64,000 bases of DNA, taken from contig CAWHAE010000009.1 of assembly GCA_963827235.1 (NCBI GenBank), forward strand, positions 448,001 to 512,000, written 5' to 3'. The notes under the pieces were generated by a model. That model was not told the DNA's origin and did no database searches. It saw only the letters and a program-made list of their open reading frames with translations. Origin of the DNA: an uncultured bacterium. Its GTDB lineage: Bacteria; Chloroflexota; UBA5177; JANWHV01. Below, in pieces: positions 31,126-41,627 of the stretch. The translations under genes were made by a program, and so were the position numbers. Each line of letters begins with the position of its first letter. Within the stretch, counting starts at the first letter, position 1.

Positions 31126-31285
31126 CGCGGTGACGGGCGGCAAGGGCCGTGTCCAGTGCAGGTCCGGTCTATTGTCGTAGCGAAGTTCAAAGCAGCAGAA
31201 CACGACCCGTGGATCTGGGGCATCTCCGCCAGTCTGGACTTGAGCTGCGGAGACAGCTGGAACAAGCACGCCAGAACTGCCAGCG

Positions 31286-31400
31286 GTGACGAGTCCGATC
31301 CCGGGACCACGCACTCCTTACGGCTATTGGCTCTTCGAGACGGACGACGCTGGCGTCTCCTGGCGCCGCCTCTCGACCGAGGGAGATGGCACGGGGTGGC
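31286..31400 (+). pseudogene. Remnant with an Asp-box/BNR motif
   Basis: WLFETDDAGVSWRRL matches (S/T)xDxGx(T/S)W, but no full-length ORF is present. Confidence 0.3.
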
Positions 31401-31701
31401 GGTGGGTTACGGCGCCAGTCGGTCTGACGGGAGCATGCGCCGGCGATCCCTTGCCGGCGACAAGGTGGAGTCAACGCCGGCTTTCTTCAGGGATGACTCG
31501 CTGTGCTTTGACTGTGACGACGGCAGGATGTGCTGAATCCACGGCAGTATGAGTTCCCCGTCAAGGCCTTGGGACTCGGCGCCATTTCTGACCCGGCGCA
31601 CATCGCCGGCCGAGTCAGCTATGTGCGCTGCATGCCTCCGATCCGCGGGCAGGACAGAGGCGGACGCTCAAAGCATCAAGACCAGAGAGATCCGTGAGCA
31701 C

Positions 31702-31938
31702 TCATGCTTTTGCGCGCAGCTCACGCGCGAATCCCATCACGCGCTGGCCCTTCGCCTCGCGCCGACCGTCGATGATATAGGGGCGCTCCCGTCCGGTCCG
31801 GCGCCAATATGCCGCGCAAGCCTTGCAACGGCCTTGCCAGTCTCGCCGGCGATGAGGGCCCGGCCGCCGGCAGATCTTGCACCGCCGTGGTCTGGCTACC
31901 GACCGCTTCGCTCTGCCAGCAGGATCAGCTAGAGTCAT
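31702..31938 (-). CDS. Small basic protein with a C4 zinc-finger-like motif
   Basis: CKIC-x14-CKAC-AAYWRRTGRERP. Confidence 0.5.
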   Translation of the reverse strand: MTLADPAGRAKRSVARPRRCKICRRPGPHRRRDWQGRCKACAAYWRRTGRERPYIIDGRREAKGQRVMGFARELRAKA

Positions 31939-32509
31939 CGGCGTTCCACATCGTAACTATGGCTCCCGGAAGATCTCATGGCCGCCGATGCGGCGCCAAA
32001 TGAGGTGACGCTTGCCGGGAGCCGTCTCAACCCCAAACCCGAAGGTAGCGCGGCCATCGTGGGCCTCACAGGCCATCTCCCAAATGGCAGGGCGATCAAC
32101 CATGCACTTGACCGGGCAAACCGGCGCGGAACGTGCCGCTGCCGGCCTCCTCGACGAACCGTCGCAGCACACGCAGGAAGCGCCGCTCCCCGGGCGGGAC
32201 TCAGCCGATCGCAGTCCTGCCAGAAGCTCCATTCGACTGCTGCTCATGTACGCCCGCCGGCAGTGCCATGATGGGGTCTCCTTCGTTCCCATTGTAGCGC
32301 CGCGCTACCACGTGCACGACACTGTGCACTAACACTCCCGTCCCTCTTATTCGGCGGGACCTACGATCCGATGAAGGGACGATGGGGCATGTGCGGTACT
32401 CTAGTTGCTGCACGTAGCCAGTCCATTGCTATAGATGGCAGCCAGGGCGACGGTTGCAAGCTATGCTTGGGGTGGCACGAGACGTAGATATTCTGGCGGG
32501 AGATCTGGT

Positions 32510-32959
32510 ATGGGCCAGTATTTCATGATTTGCAACCTCGACAAACACGAATTCATGAAGCCCAACTGGTTTGGTCACGGGCTAAAGCTGGCCGACATCG
32601 CTCGTGCGCGCGAGGGAATGATGGCCGGCGTCGCCATATTGATTGCGCTGAGCGGTACTCACCTCTACTGCGAGGGACCGATCTACGGACGTTGGGCTGG
32701 CGATCGCCTTGCCATTATTGGTGACGAGTATCAGGGCGCCGCAGGCGGTTTGACAGTCGACGCAGAGACTTATGACACGATTAGCGGGCAGCAAAGCGGC
32801 TGGGTCGACATCAGCGAGCACGTGCGTGCGGTTCTCGAAGGCGAGTGGGCACTCTCGCTGCCGCCTGCCCTTCTTGACGGTGCGGAGCCCCGTTCAACCC
32901 TCCACGCCGACGGTACGATCACACCTGTGTCTCGGTTCTGCGAGGAGCCAGGTGTCTAG
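32510..32959 (+). CDS. Uncharacterised protein (MGQY..NLDK.E N-terminus)
   Basis: GGGAG RBS; motifs MGQYFMICNLDKHEF, GLKL, GRWAGDRLAIIGD; normal globular composition. Confidence 0.7.
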   Translation: MGQYFMICNLDKHEFMKPNWFGHGLKLADIARAREGMMAGVAILIALSGTHLYCEGPIYGRWAGDRLAIIGDEYQGAAGGLTVDAETYDTISGQQSGWVDISEHVRAVLEGEWALSLPPALLDGAEPRSTLHADGTITPVSRFCEEPGV

Positions 32960-33486
32960 GTCTCGGCTTACGATGCAATCGCACCCAGGCATCCAGCAAC
33001 TCACCGGCGCCTGCAACACGTCGCTCCGGCCGGCAACCGCGTCGGCGTGGCGGTGAACGGCGTGTTGCAGGCGAGCTACAGGGACAACGCCGCCGACCGA
33101 CGAGATGAGTAACACAGGATGTAGAGTGCCCCCGTGACACCGTTTGATGAGGTAGGTTTGCCCGGAGATGGAGCCGCTATTTCAACAGGAAGGGTTGGCA
33201 TCCGACGCCCTGGCCTGAACAAATGCCCTCGGTGATGGACACAACTGTCACTCGCTGCGCGATCTGGAATACCTCGCTGGACACGTTACAGCTGGTGAAG
33301 AATGCGTTTGCTCTTGCTGATTGGTATGGAAGCTACATGCTGAACCATCTGGCACGAAAGCCGGACCAATAACCCGAGGCTCGCGCAGCTAAGCGGTCGA
33401 ACCTTCCTGGGCACACGGCGACAGACGGCAGGACCATGTCCGGATTCCGCCAGCGCCGGACCGAACAGCTCCGCTACAGTGGTGTC

Positions 33487-34455
33487 ATGAGCAACGCACT
33501 GCATCGACAATCGGCTTCCCGACCCGACGGGACGAAGACGGACTGGCGTGGCCGCTTCATCCTGCTGGCGGCCATCTGGGGTCTGAGCTTCCTGTTCATC
33601 AAGGTGGGGGACGAAGTGCTGGCGCCCGTGCAGGTGGCGCTCGGCCGCATGGCAGTGGGCACGGCTACCCTGCTGATCGTGCTTGCCTTCAGGCACGAGC
33701 GACTGCCCGCCTTCGGCACGATCTGGCTGAGACTGGCCATGGCCGCCTTGCTGCTCAACACGCTGCCCTTCTCCCTCTACGCCTACGGCGAGACGCGAGT
33801 GACCTCGGTCCTGGCGGGCATCTGGAATGCCACCACGCCGCTGCTCACCCTGGCGGTGGTGCTCGTCGCCCTGCCCGAGGAGAAGCCGACCCGATCGCGC
33901 ATTGCCGGCCTGGCAGTGGGCTTCCTGGGCGTGCTCGCGGTGCTGGGTATCTGGAACGGACTCGGCGGAGCCGCCCTGCTGGGCAACCTGGCCTGCCTGG
34001 CCGCGGCCTGCTGCTACGGCCTCGGCTACCCCTATTCACGGCGGGTGCTGACCGGCAGGACGGAATCCACGCTTGCCCTGGCCGCCGGCCAGCTCCTCTG
34101 CGGCACCGTCGAGCTCGGCATCGTCGCGCCGTTCATCACGCGCGCGCCGGCAAGCATGCCGCTGCGCGTGGTACTGAGCATCCTCGCCCTCGGCGCCCTG
34201 GGCACCGGCATCGCCTACGTGCTGAACTACTCGCTGGTGCGCGACGCGGGAGCGACTATCACTTCCACCGTCACCTACGTGATCCCGCTTTTCTCCACCG
34301 TGGCGGGCATGGTGTTCCTCGGCGAGCCGTTGAGCTGGAACCAGCCGATCGGCGCCGTGATCGTCGTGCTCGGGGTAGCGGTCACGCAGGAGCGCTTGCG
34401 TCTGCCGCGGCGAGCGCGGCCAGCGCCGGCGGTCGGGGTGGAAGGTCGGGGCTGA
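33487..34455 (+). CDS. EamA/DMT family transporter
   Basis: IWGLSFLFIKVG, ten TM helices, LGTGIAY, VTYVIP, LGE. TACAGT lies 6 nt before the ATG (possibly leaderless). Confidence 0.9.
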   Translation: MSNALHRQSASRPDGTKTDWRGRFILLAAIWGLSFLFIKVGDEVLAPVQVALGRMAVGTATLLIVLAFRHERLPAFGTIWLRLAMAALLLNTLPFSLYAYGETRVTSVLAGIWNATTPLLTLAVVLVALPEEKPTRSRIAGLAVGFLGVLAVLGIWNGLGGAALLGNLACLAAACCYGLGYPYSRRVLTGRTESTLALAAGQLLCGTVELGIVAPFITRAPASMPLRVVLSILALGALGTGIAYVLNYSLVRDAGATITSTVTYVIPLFSTVAGMVFLGEPLSWNQPIGAVIVVLGVAVTQERLRLPRRARPAPAVGVEGRG

Positions 34456-34464
34456 CGCAGCCCG

Positions 34465-36514
34465 TCAATCCCAGTTGCCGGATCGCCGCAGCCACGTGTC
34501 GCCGCCGGCCATGATCGACCAGGCGCCGAGCGCGTTGGTGCTCAGGTCGCAGCCGCTCACCGTGCCGCCGCCATTCGAGGCCACGACGACGGCCCGCTCG
34601 TTGCGGTTGATGCGGCAGCCGCGCACGGCCAGCATGCTGCCGAACCCGATGCACACGCCGGCATGTCCGTTGTCGACGATCTCGCTTTCTTGGATCGCAC
34701 CCTCGGCATACTCCTCGGCGTCCACGCCGTGCGAGGCAGACCGGCGCACCCGGCAGCGCCGGATGGTCGGGCATGCGTAGCGGCGGATGCAGATGCCCAC
34801 AGCGTTGCCGCTGATCTCGCAGTCCTCCAGGAGGCACTGGCTGGTGTCGTACAGCAGCACGCCGCTCTCTTTCCCGTGCTCGATGCTGCATCGCCGGATG
34901 GTTGGATTCGTCGCGGCGCCGTGTATGGCCAGGCACGATCGTGCCCCTGAAACGACGCGGCAGTCTTCGAGCAACAGGCTTCCTTGGGGAATGTCCACGA
35001 CATGGTGGGGATTCTTTTCCGCCTGGGGCCCGCCCCGCAGAGTGAGCCCGCGCACGCTTGCGCGGGCCGTGCGCATGGTCAGACACGAGCCGTTTCCCGG
35101 CTCGACCACGATCTCTTCCACCAATCCCCTGCCGGCGATCTCCAGAGGCTTGTCGAGCACCAGCGATTCCCGATAGAGGCCCGGCAGCACCTCGATACGG
35201 CTCCCCGGCGGCGCCCGGCGTATCGCCTCGCGAATGCTGGTGAACTGCCCGCCACCGGAGGCGCAGACGGTCAAGCACGAGCGGTTCTCCTGCCCCGCGC
35301 GACCGCGCTCGTCGCCGCGCGCCGGGAGCGTGACATACGGCGAAGACGCCGGCTCCCATACCAGCGGCGGCAGCGCCGCCGGCGACCATTCCGGCCCGTC
35401 CGCCGGCGCGGAAGCCACGGCGCCGATTCTCGAGTGGCTCCCGGCACGCCGTTCCATACGGAGCTTCCAGGATGGCGCGCAGAGCGCCTGCCATCATGGC
35501 GGCATCGGCGAAGCGCTCGCGCTGCTCGAAGGCGGTGGCGCGGCTCACGAGGGCGCCGAGCGCGGGCGGCAGGCCAGGCACCAACGTGTCCACCGGTGGG
35601 AACAGGGCGCGCATAGCCGATTCGGCGCCGCAGTCGCCGCGCTGCAGCTTCATGTACTCCGCGTCCGGTCTGCGTCCGGTGAGCAGGGCGTGCAGAACGG
35701 CACCCAGGGCATAGATGTCGCTGCGCGGCGTGGCCCGCCCAACGACCTGCTCGATAGGGACGTAGCCCCAGGTGCCTATGACGGTGCCGCCCGAGGCAAT
35801 GAGCTGCCGGGCTATGCCGAAATCGATCAACACCGGCGCGCCGCTCCGGCTGTCGAGGAGCACGTTGGTCAGCTTGAGGTCCCGGAAGACGAAGGGCGGT
35901 ACCCGGCCGTGCAGATAGCTTAGCACGTCGCAGAGGGCGATCCCCCAGGCGACGACGCGCCGCCAGGCACAGCCGTGCGCGAAGCCGTCTTGCTCGGCCT
36001 CGGCGAGGACCTCTTCGAAGGTCTGGCCCGGAATGTAGTCCATGACCAGGTACATCGGACCCGAATCGGGGTGCGCGGCCCAGAAGCCGTGCACCGCGGG
36101 GATAGCAGGATGGCGCAGGGTGAGCAGAGTGCTGGCTTCGCGCCTGAACCAGGCGATCGCTTCGGCCCGGTCTGAGTCATTTTGGCAGGAGGAGACGAGC
36201 AGCTCCTTGATGGCTACGGATGCCGGCTGCTGCCCGGACAGGTCGCGGGCAAGGAAGACGCGCCCGAAGCTTCCGGCGCCCAGACGGTGCACGATACTGT
36301 AGCGGCCATTGAGCACTTCGCCGGGCACGAGGCCCCGGTCAATCGGCTCGTCCGGCGCCGGGTCGAGCCAGGGAGGGCGATCGTCGAGCCGTCGGGTCGG
36401 CCTGCTCGACGAGCAGGCGATCAGAGGCGCGATCGCGCTACCGCACTGCGAGCAGAACCGGGCAGCGGGCTCGCAGGAGACACCACAACTTGCACACACC
36501 GTCGTGTACACCAC
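34465..36514 (-). CDS. Zinc ribbon + Ser/Thr protein kinase + right-handed beta-helix domain; frameshift near 35460
   Basis: CASC..FCSQCG; LGAGSFGRV, VAIKE, FRDLKLTN, IDFG, GTWGYVPIEQ, SDIYALG. The beta-helix part (SIREAI..APPG..I.V.PGLY.E, repeated I..C.I..N) is in the 34465..35457 frame. Confidence 0.8.
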
Positions 36515-36746
36515 TCACTCCTCACCTCTTCGTGTGTCGTGAGCGTTCCGACACCCTGGTACCGGCACAGGTGAACGGCGTGCTTCGCGATCGAGGTCGC
36601 ACGGGGCCGCTCGCCGAGCAGATCAGGCGTTCGCATGCGCGTTCGCCCTTGCCGCTCGAGTAGCAGCCTACACCGGTCACCGGCTGGTTGGCTAGTGCCA
36701 ATCTACCTGATTAGGAACGGTACTATATGTTTTATCAGCATAAATC

Positions 36747-36775
36747 TTGACAAGCAAGGTACACTTTGCTACGGT
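36747..36775 (+). promoter_or_regulatory. sigma70 promoter upstream of amt
   Basis: TTGACA, 17 nt spacer, TACGGT with a TGn extension, inside an AT-rich patch. Confidence 0.6.
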
Positions 36776-37241
36776 CGAATCCAAGCGGGCTACACAAGGC
36801 AATCGAGGAGCGTTGTGTAGCCTGAGCCAGCCTTGCTCCGCACGCGTGCTTGTCTCGGCCGACGAGCACGGTGCTCCGCACGGCGGACCCGATCGGCAGA
36901 GACGGGTCGGGCCGTGGCGTTGAGCACGAGAAGTTGGCCTGCGCTCGATCGCGGAGCGCGCTGCCGGTGTGCATGGTGCTCCCGTTCCCGCTCTACGGTC
37001 GCGGCCGACCGGCGCCTCCCGTGCCAGAGCAGGCACCGTTCGTTGTGCGTCCACGCCATGAGCCGGGCCTGCCCGGCGAGTGCCTCGTGGGTGGGAAGGG
37101 GGATGTTGCCGCTCGATTCGGTGGTACGGGCACGCCGATGGTCGCATGTCACAGGAGCGGATGAGCCGTCGGTGTTGCGCGCGGGGTGCACTGGGGCCGG
37201 CGCTGTTGAGCGCCTGACACGAGGCAAAAAGGGGACGCGAA

Positions 37242-38693
37242 GTGCTTACAATACTTGCAGACCTCGTACCTGATCCTACCTGGTTGAACGCGGGCGACAA
37301 TGCCTGGCAGCTCACGGCGGCCACGCTGGTCGGCCTGATGAGCATTCCCGGGCTGGCCGTGCTGTACGGAGGGGTCGTCCAGCGCAGGTGGGCCGTCAAC
37401 AGTGCCATGATGGCCTTTTATGGGTTTGCCATGGTCCTGCTGGTTTGGGTGCTTTGGGGCTTCGACATGGGTTTCGGGCAGCCGTGGATCCAGCATGGCG
37501 GCTACGCGTTTCTGGGCAAGCCGGGCGCGGTGCTCGACCACATCGGCGAGCAGGCGCAGGCGAACATCCCGCTGGTCAGCGGCATCGGAGGCATGCCGCC
37601 ATTCCGGTTCCCCCAGGCCTCGCTCGTCTACTTCCAGTTCGTGTTTGCCGCCATCACGCCACTGCTCATCCTGGGAAGCGTGGTTGGGCGCATCAACTTC
37701 AAGGCCTGGATGCTCTTCGTACCCCTGTGGTCTACCCTTGTCTACAGCGTGAACGCCTATCTTCTCTGGGGTGGCGGCTACTGGGCGGCTCGCGGCGCTG
37801 TCGACTATAGCGGGGGCTATGTGATTCACCTCGCGGCCGGTGTGTCCGGCTTCGTGGCCGCCGCGGTAGTCGGTCCCCGGTTGAAGAGAGATCGCGAGAA
37901 CCCCTCGCCCAACAACATGCTCATGGTCATGACCGGCGCGGCCCTCCTGTGGCTGGGCTGGAACGGCTTCAACGGCGGCGACCCGTACTTCGCCAATCCC
38001 GATGCCTCCGCAGCCGTTTTGAACACCAACATTGCCACGGCCACGGCGATGCTGACCTGGATGCTCATCGACACGCTGACCAGCGGCAAGCCGCAGCTAC
38101 TCGGCTCGGTGAACGGCATGATCACGGGACTGGTAGCGATCACACCGGCCGCCGGCTACGTCAACGGCTACGGCGCCATACTGATCGGCGTGCTGGCAAG
38201 CTCCATCCCGTGGTTCACCATGAACAAGCTGGCCACCACGCTGCCGATCTTCCGTCGCGTGGACGACGCTCTTGGCGTCGTGCATACCCATGGCCTTGCC
38301 GGTCTGATCGGCGGTCTGTCAGTCGGCCTGATCGCGGACTCCAGTATGACTGTGTACTACGGCACGGGAAAGACCGCCGCCTTCTCGGTCACGGGCGGCT
38401 GGCACCAGCTCTCGCTGCAGCTCGGCGCCGCGGCGACCGTGATCGTGTGGGACGGCGTGGTCACGTTTGCCATTCTCAAGCTGATCGCCCTGGTGGTGCC
38501 CCTGCGTATGCCCGAGGCTGCGCTCGAGATCGGAGACATGGCCGTTCACGGCGAGCAGGTGAGCGGCACCGACGAACCGGCTGCCTCGCCGGCACCCGGC
38601 TACGACTATCGCAGCGGTGTTGCCGGCGCCATGCCTGCCGGTGCCATGATGTCCAGCACGGCGGCGCCCGCCCCGCCCATCGACACGAGATGA
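37242..38693 (+). CDS. amt: Ammonium transporter (Amt/Mep family)
   Basis: WLNAGDNAWQL, FQFVFAAIT, DYSGGYVIH, LWLGWNGFNGG, GLVAITP, DDALGVVHTHG (twin His). Confidence 0.95.
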   Translation: MLTILADLVPDPTWLNAGDNAWQLTAATLVGLMSIPGLAVLYGGVVQRRWAVNSAMMAFYGFAMVLLVWVLWGFDMGFGQPWIQHGGYAFLGKPGAVLDHIGEQAQANIPLVSGIGGMPPFRFPQASLVYFQFVFAAITPLLILGSVVGRINFKAWMLFVPLWSTLVYSVNAYLLWGGGYWAARGAVDYSGGYVIHLAAGVSGFVAAAVVGPRLKRDRENPSPNNMLMVMTGAALLWLGWNGFNGGDPYFANPDASAAVLNTNIATATAMLTWMLIDTLTSGKPQLLGSVNGMITGLVAITPAAGYVNGYGAILIGVLASSIPWFTMNKLATTLPIFRRVDDALGVVHTHGLAGLIGGLSVGLIADSSMTVYYGTGKTAAFSVTGGWHQLSLQLGAAATVIVWDGVVTFAILKLIALVVPLRMPEAALEIGDMAVHGEQVSGTDEPAASPAPGYDYRSGVAGAMPAGAMMSSTAAPAPPIDTR

Positions 38694-38783
38694 GTGACTG
38701 GACGTCCGGCCTGAAGGCTGCTCAGCAGGCGGCCCGGCGGCGCTCCTCTCCGTCAGACCGGGCTCGGTGAGAGGTCCCGGCGA

Positions 38784-39063
38784 GCCTGACCGTAAGCCGA
38801 TTGCCCAGGGACCGTCAGCCTCTCGCGCGCCTCGTACACCTCGCAGAGGTGACGGATGGGGTGTGCAGGATGCTCGCGGTCCCAGGCCGTCCGGCACCGC
38901 TCTTCCTCGTCACGCCGAGATCTCAGACAGATCGCTGCCGGCCTGACCGCAACCCGATTGCCACCGGGACCGCGAGCGGCTCTCTCACCCCGGTAGACCT
39001 CCGTAGAGGGGACCGGCGGGGCGGGTAGGGTGCTCGCGGTCCCAGGCTATCGGGCAGCGCTCT
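38784..39063. repeat. Two tandem degenerate ~120 bp palindromic units (REP/MITE-like)
   Basis: Copies at 38784-38903 and 38941-39063 share GCCTGACCG..GATTGCC..GGGACCG and an exact TGCTCGCGGTCCCAGGC. Each can fold into a long hairpin. Confidence 0.75.
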
Positions 39064-39601
39064 CCTGCACGACTCGCCGGCATTGCCCTGACGGCCCTAA
39101 CGGGCGAGGCGGGCCCGAGTTGCCCGGCACCGCACTTCCTCCTTGTGTGCACGGTATTGGGCGGCCTGCCCGCGGCCCGGGCTTGCCGGCGCCCATTCGT
39201 ACCCGGAATCGGACAGCCCGGCATGGCAGCGGCCCCGATTGCAAATTAGGCGGGGTCATGCAATCATCGCTCTATCACTCCAAAAAGAGAGACATGGGCG
39301 GCAGCCTACCCGGCCAATGGCTGCTCCGCTCCTGCCGATCATGCCGTACGGAAGGGGGTGCGCACACACCTATACCATTCGCACCGGCCCTTGCCGGCGG
39401 TGAGCCGCGACTGCTCAGTCCGGTACGCCGTCTCTTCGGTTGCGCCCAGCGGTTTCGCCTCTGGTGCCGATCGGCCCGGCTGCTAGGCCTGTGCCGTTCT
39501 CCTCTGTACGCGCCGGCCAACTACTCCATGCAAGATTTCCTGTGCCCGTGGCCCTTTACGCAGGCCCTCGATGAGCTTGCGCCCAGCGGAAGGAGACTCG
39601 T

Positions 39602-41602
39602 ATGCGACCTGCTCACATCATTCGCATCCTGCTCACACTCCTGTTGACTATGGCCGTGCCCGCCGCTTCGAGCGTGCGGACTGCTCTTGCCGACGTGTCT
39701 GTTCCTCTGGTCGAGCTACCCGGCAGCCTGGCAGCGGCGCCCAATGGGCGTGTGCTCGGCCCGCACGCCGTCGGCGCGCCGTTGTCCGTGACCGTCGTCT
39801 TGCAGCCCAGCTCGACGGGGCAGATAGACAACCTTCTCTCAGCCCTCTACGACCCGACGAGTCCGCAGTACGAGCAGTGGCTGCCCAGGGGCACCTTCGA
39901 ATCGATGTTTGCTCCATCCGCCGTGCAGGTGGCGCAAGTGCAAAGCTACTTGCAGAGCCAGGGCCTGCAGATCCTGGCCAGTCCTTCACCCTTCCTGGTG
40001 CGCGCTACCGGCTTGACCGCGCAGGTGGAGGCCGCGTTCGGCACGCACATCAGCGACTACGTCGCGCCGGACAATAACCCCTTCTTCTCCAACGACACCA
40101 GCGTCAAGGTGCCCGCAACCCTGAGCAGCATCGTGGGCGGCGTGGTCGGCCTCTCCAGCACCGCCCAGGCTCATCCCCAGTACATCACCACGCGCGCGGC
40201 GGCACAGCGGCGCGGCGTCCCGGTTCCCCAGTATGGCGCCGGTCCGGGCGGCAGCGGGCTGACTCCCTCGCAGACCACCAGCATCTATGGGGGAAGCCAG
40301 ACTGCCGGCACGTCCGCTGCCATACCCAGTGAGGACCTTTCGGCAGCCGGTGCCAGCGGGCAGGGTGCCGGACGTATCCTGGGTTTGTTCGAGCTTTCCG
40401 GCTACACGCGGCAGGACGTCGTCAACTACGAGCACACCTTCTTCGGCGCAGGCGAGAACGTGCCGATCGTGGACGTGAACGTCGACGGCGGCCCGATCAC
40501 GCCCATATGCCCGAAGGGCGATTCGTGCGGACCTTTCAGTTCCTCATGCCCCACGGGGTGTAACTCGGCCGACTACAGCGGCGACATCGAGGTCGAGGCC
40601 GATCTGGAGACCCAGATCGCGGTAGCGCCGAAGATCCAGGCTATTCTGGTCTACAACGCTCCCAACGACATGACCGGACAGACGGAGATCGACGAGTACT
40701 CCACCATCGCGCGGCAAGACGCGGCCGACTCCATCAGCTCGAGCTGGGGCTTGTGCGAGCAGGACGCAGGCGCCGCTCAGCTGCTTGCCGAGTCGATTGC
40801 CTTCAAGGAGATGGCGTTGCAGGGGCAGAGCATGTTCTCCTCGGCCGGAGACACGGGCGCCTTCGACTGCCTGCGCGACACGGGTAGCCCCAACCTCACC
40901 GCCCTGGCAGTCGACGATCCTGCCTCGCAGCCCCACGTGACCTCGGTCGGCGGCACGTCGTTCGGCAGCTTCGACCCAGGCAAGAATGCCACGCCGTCGT
41001 ATCCCTACGGCTTCGAGACCGTGTGGAACCCCCTGGACCTCTGCTCCGGCTCGACGGCGGGCCTGAGCAACTGCGCGTACTACGGCACCGGTGGCGGCGG
41101 CAACAGTTTGTTCTGGCCTCGGCCGTCGTACCAGCACGGCACCAACGTGACCAGCTCGTACACACGGTACGGTCCGTACTGCGCGCTGGCCACAACCGGG
41201 CAGGCGTGCCGAGAGACGCCCGACGTTTCCGCCAACGCGGACGAGTTCACGCCGTACGCGGAGTACTGCACGGGCAGCCCGTCCACCAATAGCACGTGTG
41301 CCACGTTCTCCGGCGCGCAAACGCCTCCCGGCTGGTTCGGCATCGGTGGCACGAGCCTCTCGTCGCCGCTCTGGTCGGCAATCATCGCGCTGTCGGACAG
41401 CTTCCACGGCCGACGCTTTGGAGAAGCGAACGTCTCACTGTATAAGCTGTTCCGCCTCAGTTCCACCACGTACTTCCACGACATCACGGGCATCAACCAG
41501 ACCGAGAACAACAACGGCTTCTACCCGGTAACGCCGTTCTACGACGAGGCAACGGGCATCGGCACGCCGCGCATCGCGGCAATCGTCAAAGCCAGCTCGT
41601 AG
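39602..41602 (+). CDS. Secreted S53 family peptidase (sedolisin/kumamolisin-like) with propeptide
   Basis: Signal peptide, activation domain (LYDPTSPQYEQWL), EVEADLE, SSSWG, SAGDTG, PDVSANAD, GGTSLSSP, FHDIT, YDEATGIGTP. Confidence 0.92.
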   Translation: MRPAHIIRILLTLLLTMAVPAASSVRTALADVSVPLVELPGSLAAAPNGRVLGPHAVGAPLSVTVVLQPSSTGQIDNLLSALYDPTSPQYEQWLPRGTFESMFAPSAVQVAQVQSYLQSQGLQILASPSPFLVRATGLTAQVEAAFGTHISDYVAPDNNPFFSNDTSVKVPATLSSIVGGVVGLSSTAQAHPQYITTRAAAQRRGVPVPQYGAGPGGSGLTPSQTTSIYGGSQTAGTSAAIPSEDLSAAGASGQGAGRILGLFELSGYTRQDVVNYEHTFFGAGENVPIVDVNVDGGPITPICPKGDSCGPFSSSCPTGCNSADYSGDIEVEADLETQIAVAPKIQAILVYNAPNDMTGQTEIDEYSTIARQDAADSISSSWGLCEQDAGAAQLLAESIAFKEMALQGQSMFSSAGDTGAFDCLRDTGSPNLTALAVDDPASQPHVTSVGGTSFGSFDPGKNATPSYPYGFETVWNPLDLCSGSTAGLSNCAYYGTGGGGNSLFWPRPSYQHGTNVTSSYTRYGPYCALATTGQACRETPDVSANADEFTPYAEYCTGSPSTNSTCATFSGAQTPPGWFGIGGTSLSSPLWSAIIALSDSFHGRRFGEANVSLYKLFRLSSTTYFHDITGINQTENNNGFYPVTPFYDEATGIGTPRIAAIVKASS

Positions 41603-41627
41603 CCCCACGCGGCGGCCAGGAGCCGGC

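Noticed and set aside
33255-33300. LRDLEYL peptide resembling a LysR/OxyR N-terminus upstream of the EamA gene
   Set aside because: No start codon or continuing HTH; too short to support.
34382-35460. C-terminal ~360 aa of the 710 aa kinase ORF as a real domain
   Set aside because: Arg-rich out-of-frame read-through over the beta-helix coding frame.
38784-39063. Possible CRISPR array
   Set aside because: Only two long degenerate units, no repeat-spacer periodicity and no cas genes.
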